Both the position numbers and the translations under genes were made by a program. The notes below the pieces were generated by a model. The model did no database searches. It was not told the origin of the DNA and was given only the letters and a program-made list of their open reading frames with translations. DNA of 64,000 bases from Gemmatimonadota bacterium (lineage in GTDB: Bacteria; Latescibacterota; UBA2968; UBA8231), in NCBI GenBank assembly GCA_038128265.1, contig JAYPJE010000004.1, positions 54,303-118,302 of the forward strand, given 5' to 3'. This document shows positions 18,658 to 28,219 of the stretch, one piece after another. Every line of letters starts with the position of its first letter. Position 1 is the stretch's first letter.

Positions 18658-20034
18658 TTGAAAAAATTCGACCCATCCACGTGGTTTTGGGCCAGTATAG
18701 CCGTTGCCGCCCTCGCCATGGGCATTCGATTGGAGCGGCTCCACTCATTGGAGACCACTCCCGCCGTCGCCGCGGGCACTACGCTCGTTCCCATCGCTGC
18801 AGTTGCCGCGCCGACCGATCATACCGAACAGGCCCCTCCAGAGACGGCCGCCGCCGACTGGACCTTTGTCGGCCCTCCCATCGCGCCACCGATGACCATC
18901 GACACCACACCCGATCACGTCGTCTTGCAGGATACCCTGCGCACCGGCGATTCCATTTACCTATCGCTCAAGCGCAACGACGTCAGCGAACGCCAGATAT
19001 CGCAGCTCAACGCCGCGCTCAGCAAGGTCTTTAACGCGAGCAGCCAGTCGCGCCCAGACGACTACTACCAGCTTATCGTCGATACCAGCGGCGTCGTGCG
19101 CTCCTTTTCCTACACGCCGAGCAGGGAGCCCGAACGTCCGATTTTCATCGAGCGCCTTGACGGCCAATTAATCGGCAAGCGCCAAGAGCTGGCGCTCGAT
19201 AAGCGCCTCTTCGCAGCGGAAGTGTTTATTGAAGACAACCTGGCCAATGCCATTAGCGCCGCCGGCGAAGGGGATGCGCTGACCGATCGCATCACCGATA
19301 ATATCTTTGGCTCGGTCATCGATTTTCGACAAAACCCGCGCAAGGGTGACCGCATTCGCGCACTCTATGAAAAGGAGTACCTGGACGGGCGCTTTATTCG
19401 CTACGGTCGCGTCCTCCTAGCCGAGTACCAAGGGCAAGTCGTCCAACAGGCCGCTTTCTACTACGATCCGCCCAAAGGCGATGCCGGCTACTACGACGAT
19501 CAGGGCAATTCGCTAGCTCGTATGTTTCTGCTCTATCCGCTTCCCTTCCGCGGCATTAACTCGCACTTCAATCTGCGCCGCTTTCACCCCGTGCTCAAGC
19601 GCAACGTGCCCCATCTCGGCACCGACTACGCCGCTTCGCGCGGCACGCCGGTCTTTGCCACGGCCATCGGCACGGTCACCCACGCCGGTAGCAAGGGCAG
19701 CTATGGCCTCCTCGTGGAGATCCAGCACGCCAACGGCTACCGCACGCGCTATGCCCACCTCAGTAAGGTGCGCGTCAAACGGGGGCAGCGCGTTGCCCAG
19801 CAGCAGACCGTTGGCAATGTAGGCACAACCGGACGCTCCACTGGGCCCCACCTGCACTACGAGATTCTCAAAAACGGGCGCCAGATCAATCCTACTTCGG
19901 TCAACCGCGGCGAACGCGGCAAGCCGCTAGACAAGGCGTATAACGGCCACTTTGCCGCGCACCGCGATTCGCTTATGCGCATGCTCAATACGCATCTACA
20001 GCGCGCGGTTATAGCCACCGCGCCAACCCACTAA
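18658..20034 (+). CDS. M23-family peptidoglycan DD-endopeptidase (MepM/Csd3-like)
   Basis: HxxxD 'HLGTD', 'YAHLS' and HxH 'GPHLHYE'; N-terminal anchor. Confidence 0.92.
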   Translation: MKKFDPSTWFWASIAVAALAMGIRLERLHSLETTPAVAAGTTLVPIAAVAAPTDHTEQAPPETAAADWTFVGPPIAPPMTIDTTPDHVVLQDTLRTGDSIYLSLKRNDVSERQISQLNAALSKVFNASSQSRPDDYYQLIVDTSGVVRSFSYTPSREPERPIFIERLDGQLIGKRQELALDKRLFAAEVFIEDNLANAISAAGEGDALTDRITDNIFGSVIDFRQNPRKGDRIRALYEKEYLDGRFIRYGRVLLAEYQGQVVQQAAFYYDPPKGDAGYYDDQGNSLARMFLLYPLPFRGINSHFNLRRFHPVLKRNVPHLGTDYAASRGTPVFATAIGTVTHAGSKGSYGLLVEIQHANGYRTRYAHLSKVRVKRGQRVAQQQTVGNVGTTGRSTGPHLHYEILKNGRQINPTSVNRGERGKPLDKAYNGHFAAHRDSLMRMLNTHLQRAVIATAPTH

Positions 20035-20038
20035 CCGC

Positions 20039-20084
20039 AGCCGCTGCGCCCCCTTGACACGGCGGGCGCAGCGGCTTCTATTGT
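20039..20084 (+). terminator. GC-rich hairpin after the M23 gene, with TTGACA in the loop
   Basis: AGCCGCTGCGCCC...GGGCGCAGCGGCT followed by TCTATTGT. Confidence 0.5.
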
Positions 20085-20118
20085 GCTGCAGGACACCCCA
20101 ATTTTCCCAGTATAAGCC

Positions 20119-20526
20119 ATGAGCGAAGAGTCAAAACGCGCGATAGAGGATCTGGCCGAGCGCGACGGGCGTTATAAGTTTGAGGCGTATCTCTTTGTCT
20201 ACGATGCCCTGCGCTATACCGTAAAGAAGATGGGCCGCACCCATTTGTCCGAAGACGAGCGCCACATCTCCGGTCGCGACCTGCTGGCCGGCATCAGCGA
20301 ATACGCCTTTAACGAGTACGGTCCCCTGACCCGCGAGGTCTTTGCCCACTGGCGCGTGCATCAAACGCGCGACTTTGGCGAGATCGTCTTTAGCCTGGTC
20401 TCCATTGGCCAAATGGGCAAGACGGAACGCGACCGAATCGAGGACTTTATCGACGTCTACGACTTTGACGAGGAATTCGATTGGAAAAGGCGCCGAGCGG
20501 CGCAGCAATCGACGAAAAAAACATGA
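20119..20526 (+). CDS. Minf_1886-family protein (described as Planctomycete/Verrucomicrobia-associated)
   Basis: 'RYKFEAYLFVYDAL...RHISGRDLL...YGPL...W...TRDFGEIVFSLV...DRIEDF'. Confidence 0.8.
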   Translation: MSEESKRAIEDLAERDGRYKFEAYLFVYDALRYTVKKMGRTHLSEDERHISGRDLLAGISEYAFNEYGPLTREVFAHWRVHQTRDFGEIVFSLVSIGQMGKTERDRIEDFIDVYDFDEEFDWKRRRAAQQSTKKT

Positions 20527-21785
20527 AGATTGCCTATTTCGACTGCTTTTCCGGTATCAGCGGCGATATGGTGCTCGGCGCCCTGGTCGACGCGGGCCTC
20601 GAACTCGACGCGCTGCGCGCCGAATTGGACAAGCTCGGCGTGGCCCAACTCGATCTCACCCGGGAGCGAGCCGTGCGCCAGGCCATTGCCGGCACGCGCG
20701 TGCAAGTGCACGTCGGCGGGCGTCCCATCGAAGCGAAAGACGAACACCACTTCACGCCCGTTTCCCCCAGCGCAGCGCGTGCGCCCCTGCCACTGCTGCC
20801 GTCCCAAGCGGGCAAAGACGGCCACGAGCATCACCGCCTGGAAGACATTCTCTCGCTCATCGACAGCAGCCGCTTGGACGAACAGGTGCGCATACAGGCG
20901 CGCACCGTATTCCAACGCTTGGCCGAGGCCGAGGCCACCGTGCACGGCAGCCCGCCCGAGCACGTCCACCTGCATGAGGTCGGCGCGCTCGACGCCGTTG
21001 CCGATATTGTGGGCGCGGTCGCGGGACTCCATCTGTTGGGCATCGAAAAGGTCTACTCGTCGCCGCTGCACTTTGGCACCGGTTTTGTGCGCTGTGCGCA
21101 CGGGCGCTATCCCGTACCCGTGCCCGGCGTCCTAGCCCTCTGCCGGGACATTCCCAGCGTTCAAACAGACATACGCGCCGAGTTGGTCACGCCCACGGGG
21201 GCCGCGCTCATCACGACGCTGGCCTGTCAGTTTGGACCCGCTCCCCCTTTTGCGCAGAAAGCCGTCGGCTACGGAGCAGGCAGCCGCGACCTAGAGCAGG
21301 TTCCCAATATGCTGCGCGTGCGCATCGGCGAGCAGACTGCTGGCGCCAGCCGCGAAGAGTTGCTGCACGTCGAGGCCAATATCGACGATATGAATCCCGA
21401 GGTCTACGGCTACCTCTTCGAGCTGCTGCTCGAACGCGGCGCCCGCGACGTCTACGTAACGCCTATTGCCATGAAAAAGGGGCGCCCTGCGCACCTGCTG
21501 GGCGTGCTAACCGACACCGCGCATAGCAGGGATGTGATCGATACCATACTGGCCGAAACGACGACGCTGGGCGTGCGCTACCACGCCGTGGAGCGCCAGG
21601 TCTTGCAGCGCGAGCAGCGCCAGGTCGATACGCCCTATGGTCGCGTCGGCGTCAAGGTGGGCTTAGTCGGAGACCGCCGCCGCGCCGCACCCGAGTACGA
21701 GGACTGCGCCCGCCTGGCGCGCCAGCACCGCGTTCCGCTCCTCACCGTTTACCAAGCGGCTAGTCTGGCCGCCAGCGAGGAATGA
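20523..21785 (+). CDS. larC: Nickel pincer cofactor biosynthesis protein LarC (Ni insertase)
   Basis: 'YFDCFSGISGDM', His-containing linker, 'HLHEVGALD', 'ELVTPTGAA', 'EANIDDMNPE', 'MKKGRP', 'PEYED'. Confidence 0.93.
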   Translation: MKIAYFDCFSGISGDMVLGALVDAGLELDALRAELDKLGVAQLDLTRERAVRQAIAGTRVQVHVGGRPIEAKDEHHFTPVSPSAARAPLPLLPSQAGKDGHEHHRLEDILSLIDSSRLDEQVRIQARTVFQRLAEAEATVHGSPPEHVHLHEVGALDAVADIVGAVAGLHLLGIEKVYSSPLHFGTGFVRCAHGRYPVPVPGVLALCRDIPSVQTDIRAELVTPTGAALITTLACQFGPAPPFAQKAVGYGAGSRDLEQVPNMLRVRIGEQTAGASREELLHVEANIDDMNPEVYGYLFELLLERGARDVYVTPIAMKKGRPAHLLGVLTDTAHSRDVIDTILAETTTLGVRYHAVERQVLQREQRQVDTPYGRVGVKVGLVGDRRRAAPEYEDCARLARQHRVPLLTVYQAASLAASEE

Positions 21786-22531
21786 TTATGTCTAATCGCT
21801 TTGCATGCATTGCCCTACTTTGTGCCGCCCTCTCGGCCTCGGCAGCCCGTGCTTCCGACCTCGACGAATTCGACAACATGCGCCGCCTGGCCGCGCGTGA
21901 CGGCGTCGAGCGCATCGCGTACGGAGATGCCAACGGGCGCGTGCACATCCTAGAGGGCAATGGAGCGACCTTTAACGAAGTGTGGGTCAGCGAGTATTTA
22001 GAAGGTGCCATCGCCGGTCTATTTGTCGTCGATGTGAACGACGACGAACTCGAGGAAATCGTCGTCTTCACCGACCGCGGGCGCATTCACTACCTCGACT
22101 CGCAGGACTACCGCACCATCTGGAGTAACCCGCCCAGCGAGTACGAGCGCATAACGTGCCAAACCGTCTACGATACCGACGACGATCCGCAGCCCGAACT
22201 CCTGTTTTGCGCCGACGGCTACCTAATTGTCTACGACGGGCGCGACCAGTACGAGCAGTGGCGCAGCGACCAGAGCAACCTCACATCGCGCCAAATTCTC
22301 ATCGGCGACGTAGACGGCGACGGCGATCAGGAAATCGTCCTCAACGACGGCTACGTATTCGATGCGCGCTTTTTTGACCTCGAGTGGCAATCCCCCGACG
22401 CTTTTGGCGAACGACTCGGCCTGCTCGATATTGACGAAGACGGCATTGCCGAGTTAATCGGCGAATTTCAGGGGCGCTACCTGCGGGTTTTTGACGTCGA
22501 TCTGCGCCGCGAAAAGTCGCTCGCCCGCTAA
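21782..22531 (+). CDS. Secreted acidic FG-GAP-like repeat protein
   Basis: Signal peptide and four DxxxD-type repeats (DVNDDELEEI, DTDDDPQPEL, DVDGDGDQEI, DIDEDGIAEL). Confidence 0.75.
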   Translation: MIMSNRFACIALLCAALSASAARASDLDEFDNMRRLAARDGVERIAYGDANGRVHILEGNGATFNEVWVSEYLEGAIAGLFVVDVNDDELEEIVVFTDRGRIHYLDSQDYRTIWSNPPSEYERITCQTVYDTDDDPQPELLFCADGYLIVYDGRDQYEQWRSDQSNLTSRQILIGDVDGDGDQEIVLNDGYVFDARFFDLEWQSPDAFGERLGLLDIDEDGIAELIGEFQGRYLRVFDVDLRREKSLAR

Positions 22532-22622
22532 CGTCTCTTCCTATTGACACTCGCCCATTGCCGAGCGAATATATTCGACACCTTTTAAGCGCTCAGGAAT
22601 CACTTAGACGAGGAGCTCCCTT

Positions 22623-23615
22623 ATGGCACGACCCGTAACCCTTTTCACCGGCCAGTGGGCCGACTTAGACATCGAAACCATGTGCCAGAAAGCCAAGGAC
22701 TTTGGCTACGACGGCTTGGAGTTGGCCTGCTGGGGCGACCACTTTGAAGTGGGCAAAGCCAACGCCAGCTACTGCAAGGCCAAGCGCCAGCTGCTGGATA
22801 AGTACGATCTGCAGCTCTTCTCCATTTCCAACCACCTGGTCGGCCAGGCCGTCTGCGATAATATCGACGAGCGCCACAAAGCCATTTTGGCCCCTGACAT
22901 TTGGGGAGACGGGTCTCCCGAAGGGGTGCGCAAACGCGCTGCAAGGGAGATGATCGCCACGGCGAAAGCAGCTAGCCGCCTGGGCGTCGACGTAGTCAAC
23001 GGCTTTACCGGCTCGTCCATTTGGCACCTGCTCTATTCCTTTCCGCCCGTTTCTCCCGACATGATCGAAAAGGGCTACAGAGACTTTGCCAAGCGCTGGA
23101 AGCCTATTCTCGACCAGTTTCACAAGCTCGGCGTCAAATTCGCCCTAGAAGTCCATCCGACGGAAATCGCCTTTGATATCGCCTCGGCCGAACGCGCCAT
23201 TGCCGCGCTGGATGGACACCCGGCCTTCGGCTTCAACTACGATCCGAGCCACTTGGGCTATCAGGGCGTCGACTACGTAGAATTCATCTACCGCTTTAGC
23301 GACCGCATCTTCCACGTGCATATGAAAGACGTCGGCTGGTCTGCTACACCGACGGATGCCGGCGTCTTTGGCGGACACGTCGACTTTGGCGATCGCCGTC
23401 GCTACTGGGACTTCCGCTCGCTTGGGCGCGGCAACATCGATTTTGAAGAAATCATCCGCGCGCTCAACCGCATTAACTACCAGGGGCCCCTTTCCGTCGA
23501 ATGGGAAGACAGCGGCATGGACCGCGAGCACGGAGCGACGGAAGCCGCAGCGTTCGTGAAAGAGGTCGACTTTAAACCTTCGGACCTCGCCTTTGACGCC
23601 GCATTTGAAAAATAG
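22623..23615 (+). CDS. Sugar phosphate isomerase/epimerase (xylose-isomerase-like TIM barrel)
   Basis: '[13 protein letters not shown]', 'FALEVHP', 'DPSH', 'HVHMKD', 'SVEWED'; GAGGAG RBS. Confidence 0.9.
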   Translation: MARPVTLFTGQWADLDIETMCQKAKDFGYDGLELACWGDHFEVGKANASYCKAKRQLLDKYDLQLFSISNHLVGQAVCDNIDERHKAILAPDIWGDGSPEGVRKRAAREMIATAKAASRLGVDVVNGFTGSSIWHLLYSFPPVSPDMIEKGYRDFAKRWKPILDQFHKLGVKFALEVHPTEIAFDIASAERAIAALDGHPAFGFNYDPSHLGYQGVDYVEFIYRFSDRIFHVHMKDVGWSATPTDAGVFGGHVDFGDRRRYWDFRSLGRGNIDFEEIIRALNRINYQGPLSVEWEDSGMDREHGATEAAAFVKEVDFKPSDLAFDAAFEK

Positions 23616-24258
23616 GACTGCGCTCGGACAGGAGGGGCTCTGGCCACATTTTCAGAGCCCCCCCTTCTGGGTTGCCGTCTTTGCCATTCTGCTGGCCGCG
23701 CTGAGTCCTGCAAAAGCCCAGTTCCTGCCGGGCGAGCTGGACGACATTCACCAGCGCCTGGCCGAAAAAGCGCTGCACGCCGATTTGGCCAACCCCAACG
23801 AAGAGGCCCTACTACAGGTACTGATCGAAGTCGCGCTCGCCCGCGATGCGCTGATCGATACGGCTGTCGTCTACGACATCATCGTCCACTACGACCCCAA
23901 TCGCTATCAAAACCCGCGCGTAGGCACCTACCCACTGCGCTTTGAAGAACAGCTTGTTTTTTGGGGCAAGCGCGTTGCTCACTATACTAAAAGCACGGAA
24001 TGGAAAAGCGGCCGATTCTATCTGCGCGACCTGTCAACCGGACGCGTTGCATGGCTCTTTACCGCCGACGCCCGCCGACTCTACGCCCCGTCCAAAGCAC
24101 CGCGCACAGCGCGCGATATATCGCCCTATACCGACTTGGAGACGACGGGCAAGTGGCTGCGCGCCATCCGCGAGGAAGATCGCGACTCCGTAGAACAGCG
24201 CCTGCGCCAAGAGGCACAACAGCGGGCCCAATCTCTGACCAAGGATTTAAAACCGTGA
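23605..24258 (+). CDS. Hypothetical exported protein (start uncertain)
   Basis: Open frame with a signal-like '[18 protein letters not shown]'. The stop overlaps the dppA GTG. The only near-cognate starts ahead of the signal segment are TTG at 23593 and 23605. Confidence 0.6.
   Translation: MKNRTALGQEGLWPHFQSPPFWVAVFAILLAALSPAKAQFLPGELDDIHQRLAEKALHADLANPNEEALLQVLIEVALARDALIDTAVVYDIIVHYDPNRYQNPRVGTYPLRFEEQLVFWGKRVAHYTKSTEWKSGRFYLRDLSTGRVAWLFTADARRLYAPSKAPRTARDISPYTDLETTGKWLRAIREEDRDSVEQRLRQEAQQRAQSLTKDLKP
23634..23661 (+). terminator. Hairpin downstream of the isomerase gene
   Basis: GGGGCTCTG-N10-CAGAGCCCC with only a weak U-tail. Confidence 0.4.
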
Positions 24259-25814
24259 ATCTTCTCTTGATGCTGCTCGCCCTGTTTCTGCTGGCCTGTG
24301 GAGGAACACAAAACAGCAGCGATACGCTGGTATTTGTCCGCGGCTCCGACTCTGTTGGACTAGATCCCGCTTTGGAAACAGACGGCGAATCGTTTAAGGT
24401 CTGCGACAACATCTACGAAACGCTCGTCACCTACGACAAGGAGACGACGCGCGTGGTCCCCCAGCTGGCCCGTTCCTGGGACGTTTCGGCAGACAGGCTT
24501 ACGTGGACATTTCACCTGCGCACCGACGTAACGTTTCACGACGGAACCCCTTTCAACGCCCAGGCCATGCTCTTCTCCCTGGGTCGCCAGTTTTTCTCAG
24601 ACCATCCGCATCACCAAGTAGAGGGGGCCTACAAGTACTGGAAGGACATGGGCATGGACGAAATCGTCGCCGATATGTCGGCGACCGACGATTCGACCTT
24701 TGTCATCCAACTCAAACGCGCGAATGCCCCTTTCCTGTCCAACTTGGCAATGAACTTCTGTGCCGCCGTCAGTCCGGCAGCCGTCGACCAGCACGGGCGC
24801 GATTTTTTCAAGAACCCCGTCGGCACGGGTCCATTTCGCTTTGTCGAGTGGCGCAAGGACGAGCGCATTGTGCTGGAGCGCAACGAAGCCCATTGGGATG
24901 AGAAAACGCCCCTGAAGCGACTCATTTTCAAACCAATCCAAGAAGCGTCTGTCCGCTTTCTCGAATTGCAGAAGGGCACGGCGCAGGGCATGGATAATCT
25001 CAACCCCGAGTATATCGAGCAGATTCGCAGCAACCCAGAGCTCAAACTGCTGACCCAACCCGGAATGAACGTCGGCTATCTGGCGATGAATATGGACAAA
25101 CCGCCCTTTGACAATCCGCTGGTGCGGCGCGCCCTAAACCACGCCATCGACAAGCAGGCGCTAGTAGACAATTTCTATCAGGGACTGGCCCTGACGGCCA
25201 AAAACCCCATCCCCCCGACGCTGTGGAGCTACAACGACGACGTGCCTGGCTACGCCTACGATCCACAGCGCGCGCGCCAACTGCTTAGCGAGGCAGGGCT
25301 AGCAGACGGCTTTGAAACCGAGCTGTGGGCCATGCCCGTGCCGCGCCCTTACATGCCGCAGCCCGACAAAATTGCCCAAGCTATCCAAGCCGACCTGGAC
25401 AAGATTGGCGTGCGGGCCAAAATCGTGCAGTGGGAGTGGGGTACCTACCTCGACAAAGTATCGCAGGGCGAACACCCCATGGCCCTGCTCGGGTGGACCG
25501 GAGACAATGGCGATCCAGACAACTTTCTCTATGTCTTACTCGACCAAACGGCCGCGGAGAAACCGGCGCAGAACATTGCCTTCTACCGCAGCGACGAGCT
25601 CCACGAACTGCTAGTGGAAGCGCGCTCCAGCTCCGAGCGCGCCGAACGCGAACGCCTCTACCGCCGCGCCCAGGAAATTATTTTCCGCGATGCCCCCTGG
25701 GTACCGCTGGTGCACGCCACGCAGACAGCGGCGTTTCGGGCCAACGTAGATGGATTTACGATGCACCCGACCGGCAGCAAGTGGTTTCGCACCGTGCGCA
25801 TGAGCACCCCCTAG
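24255..25814 (+). CDS. dppA: ABC peptide transporter substrate-binding lipoprotein (DppA family)
   Basis: GTG start, lipobox 'LLAC', 'FHLRTDVTFHDG', 'PVGTGPF', 'PVPRPYMP', 'GWTGDNGDPDNF'. Confidence 0.92.
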   Translation: MNLLLMLLALFLLACGGTQNSSDTLVFVRGSDSVGLDPALETDGESFKVCDNIYETLVTYDKETTRVVPQLARSWDVSADRLTWTFHLRTDVTFHDGTPFNAQAMLFSLGRQFFSDHPHHQVEGAYKYWKDMGMDEIVADMSATDDSTFVIQLKRANAPFLSNLAMNFCAAVSPAAVDQHGRDFFKNPVGTGPFRFVEWRKDERIVLERNEAHWDEKTPLKRLIFKPIQEASVRFLELQKGTAQGMDNLNPEYIEQIRSNPELKLLTQPGMNVGYLAMNMDKPPFDNPLVRRALNHAIDKQALVDNFYQGLALTAKNPIPPTLWSYNDDVPGYAYDPQRARQLLSEAGLADGFETELWAMPVPRPYMPQPDKIAQAIQADLDKIGVRAKIVQWEWGTYLDKVSQGEHPMALLGWTGDNGDPDNFLYVLLDQTAAEKPAQNIAFYRSDELHELLVEARSSSERAERERLYRRAQEIIFRDAPWVPLVHATQTAAFRANVDGFTMHPTGSKWFRTVRMSTP

Positions 25815-25822
25815 CCTAGGCC

Positions 25823-26830
25823 ATGCATCGCTACGTACTCAAGCGCATCGCCCTGCTCTTTCCGACGCTGCTGGGCATTTCGCTGCTCGTCTTTCTCATG
25901 CTCTACTTCGTGCCGGGCGATCCAGCGCAAGTCATGCTCGGCGAGCGCGCCAACGCCGAGACGCTGGCTGCCCTGCGCGCCGAGATGGGACTTGACCAGC
26001 CCTTTCACGTGCAGTTCTACCGTTTTTTCTCCGGCTTACTCTCCGGCGATCTGGGCCGTTCGATTCGCACGCACGAAAAGATCACCGTCGAGATTTTTCA
26101 ACGCTTTCCCGCTACCATTGAGCTGACGTTTTTCAGCATGCTGATCGCCGTCATCGTGGGAATCAGCACCGGCATTCTGGCCGCCGTGCGCCGCGGCAAG
26201 CTCGTCGACCTGCTCAGTATGATGGGAGCCACCGCCGGCATCTCGCTTCCCATATTTTGGCTAGCGCTACTGCTGGTCCTGCTGTTCTCCGTCTACCTAC
26301 CCGTCTTCCCCGTATCGGGGCGCCTCAGCACGCATATCTACCTCGAACAGGTCACCTATTTTTACACGCTTGACGCGCTGCTCGTCGGCGACTGGAACGC
26401 CTTTTCCAATGTGATATGGCACCTTTTTCTGCCAGCCATAGCCCTGGGCACAATTCCCATGGCCGTTATCGCCCGCATGACGCGCGCCAGCCTGCTCGAA
26501 GTGCTCGGCGAGGACTACGTGCGCACCGCCTGGGCTAAGGGCCTGTCGCGCCGCTGGGTCGTCTTGCGCCATGCCGTACGCAACTCGTTTATTCCAACCC
26601 TCACCGTTATCGCCCTAGAATTTGGCTACCTGCTCGGCGGGGCTGTCATTACCGAAACCATCTTTGCCTGGCCCGGCGTCGGCCGCTGGCTTTTTCTCGC
26701 CGTGCAGGCGCGCGACTTTCGCGCTGTCCAGGGCGGCGTGCTGCTCATCGCTACGGTCTTTGTATTGATCAACCTGCTAGCCGACGTGCTCTACGCCTGG
26801 CTGGATCCGCGCATTCGCTACGAAGAGTAG
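25823..26830 (+). CDS. dppB: ABC peptide transporter permease DppB
   Basis: 'PGDPA', EAA loop 'DYVRTAWAKGL', 'TETIFAWPG', 'LDPRIR'. Confidence 0.93.
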   Translation: MHRYVLKRIALLFPTLLGISLLVFLMLYFVPGDPAQVMLGERANAETLAALRAEMGLDQPFHVQFYRFFSGLLSGDLGRSIRTHEKITVEIFQRFPATIELTFFSMLIAVIVGISTGILAAVRRGKLVDLLSMMGATAGISLPIFWLALLLVLLFSVYLPVFPVSGRLSTHIYLEQVTYFYTLDALLVGDWNAFSNVIWHLFLPAIALGTIPMAVIARMTRASLLEVLGEDYVRTAWAKGLSRRWVVLRHAVRNSFIPTLTVIALEFGYLLGGAVITETIFAWPGVGRWLFLAVQARDFRAVQGGVLLIATVFVLINLLADVLYAWLDPRIRYEE

Positions 26831-26846
26831 ATCGCGCTCCACCCCC

Positions 26847-26887
26847 AATAAAAATGGGTCGATGCGCCTTATGCGCACCGACCCATT
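26847..26887 (-). terminator. Rho-independent terminator between the convergent dppB and Gfo/Idh/MocA genes
   Basis: Minus strand AATGGGTCGGTGCGC-ATAAG-GCGCATCGACCCATT followed by TTTATT. Confidence 0.75.
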
Positions 26888-26913
26888 ACCGTCTACTGCC
26901 TGAATCTGAGAGC

Positions 26914-28044
26914 CTACAGGCGCGTCCACGCCCCTTTTTTCTTTGAACTCTCAACGGCTGCCTTGACGAACTTCATACCCGCTACGCCCTCGTCAACGCC
27001 GGGGTGATCAAAGGCATCGGGCACGTTCTTCTCGCCGTTTCTCTTGCGCACCAAGCGCTCCATGGTCGTGTGCAGATTGGCCAGCGCCTCAAAGAAGTCT
27101 TCGTGATGGCCAGCCGGAACGCGCAAGTACGACGCCACAGAAGCGGGCTCGACGCCGGTGCCAATCCAATAGGTTTCGTCGTGAGCGCCGCGGCGGACCA
27201 GCAATTTCTCGGCCGACTCCTGGTGCCATTCGAGCGACCCCTTGCTGCCGTATACGCGAAAGCCATTGTCATTCTTATAGCCAATCGCTATCTGCGTGGC
27301 GGTGATAATAGCCGTGGCTCCGTTTTCCATTTCGGCGATGACATTGAAATCATCGTCCAGCACTCGCCCCTTCACAAAGGCATTTAGTCGCGCCGACACT
27401 TTCTTAACGGCCAGGCCGCTTACCCAAGTAGCGGCGACAAAGGCATGCGTGCCAATATCTCCGCCGCAGTTGGAGATGCCCGTGCGCTTGGGATCTGTGC
27501 GCCAGGCCGCCTGCTGCTGACCGCTCTTTTCCAAATCGGTCGCCAGCCAGCCCTGATTGTACCAGGACTCGACCTTGCGCACCTCGCCGATCTCCCCGCT
27601 GCGCACCATCTCCTTGGCCATCATCATCATCGGATGGCCGGTATAGGTGTGTGCCAAGACAAAGGGCACCCGTTTGCGCTTGGCCAGACGCGCCAGGTCC
27701 TGCGCCTCGGGCACCGTCATCGTCATAGGCTTTTCACAGAGGACGGGAATACCCGCCTCGAGGCATGCTTTGGCCGGTTCGTAGTGGGCAAAGTTGGGCG
27801 TTACAATCGTCACATAGTCCAGCGCAAGATCGCCTTTCTGAACGGCCGCAATCATATCTTGATAGCTACCATAGCCTTCGATGCCGTAGTCCCGCGCTGC
27901 GCGCAGAGCGGCCTTGGGATCGGTGCGCAGAGCACCTGCGACCAGCTCGCGACTCGCATCGATTGATATAGCACGGGTATGCACCATGCCAAAGAAACTA
28001 CCGGGACCTCCACCGCCAACCATACCAACTCTGAGTTTGGCCAT
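26914..28044 (-). CDS. Gfo/Idh/MocA family oxidoreductase
   Basis: 'VGMVGGG', 'VTPNFAH', 'CEKP', 'GDIGTH'; AGGAGA RBS. Confidence 0.92.
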   Translation of the reverse strand: MAKLRVGMVGGGGPGSFFGMVHTRAISIDASRELVAGALRTDPKAALRAARDYGIEGYGSYQDMIAAVQKGDLALDYVTIVTPNFAHYEPAKACLEAGIPVLCEKPMTMTVPEAQDLARLAKRKRVPFVLAHTYTGHPMMMMAKEMVRSGEIGEVRKVESWYNQGWLATDLEKSGQQQAAWRTDPKRTGISNCGGDIGTHAFVAATWVSGLAVKKVSARLNAFVKGRVLDDDFNVIAEMENGATAIITATQIAIGYKNDNGFRVYGSKGSLEWHQESAEKLLVRRGAHDETYWIGTGVEPASVASYLRVPAGHHEDFFEALANLHTTMERLVRKRNGEKNVPDAFDHPGVDEGVAGMKFVKAAVESSKKKGAWTRL

Positions 28045-28087
28045 CTTTTTATCTCCTCACATTAGAAATGCGCACAACGGCAAATAA

Positions 28088-28116
28088 TGGATACGCATAA
28101 GGGAAGTATCTGTCAA
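28088..28116 (-). promoter_or_regulatory. Sigma70-type promoter for the Gfo/Idh/MocA gene
   Basis: Minus strand TTGACA-N17-TATCCA. Confidence 0.4.
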
Positions 28117-28219
28117 TAAACTCGCGGGCCCCAATGGGTAGTGATACGACGGCGCATTTGAGCAACGCTGGGCGACCCGACGCTCTCGGTTGGCGGCACT
28201 GTTTTCACAGCAGCCGCAC

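Noticed and set aside
24000..24254. N-terminal extension of dppA
   Set aside because: It overlaps the upstream ORF. The lipoprotein signal starts at GTG 24255.
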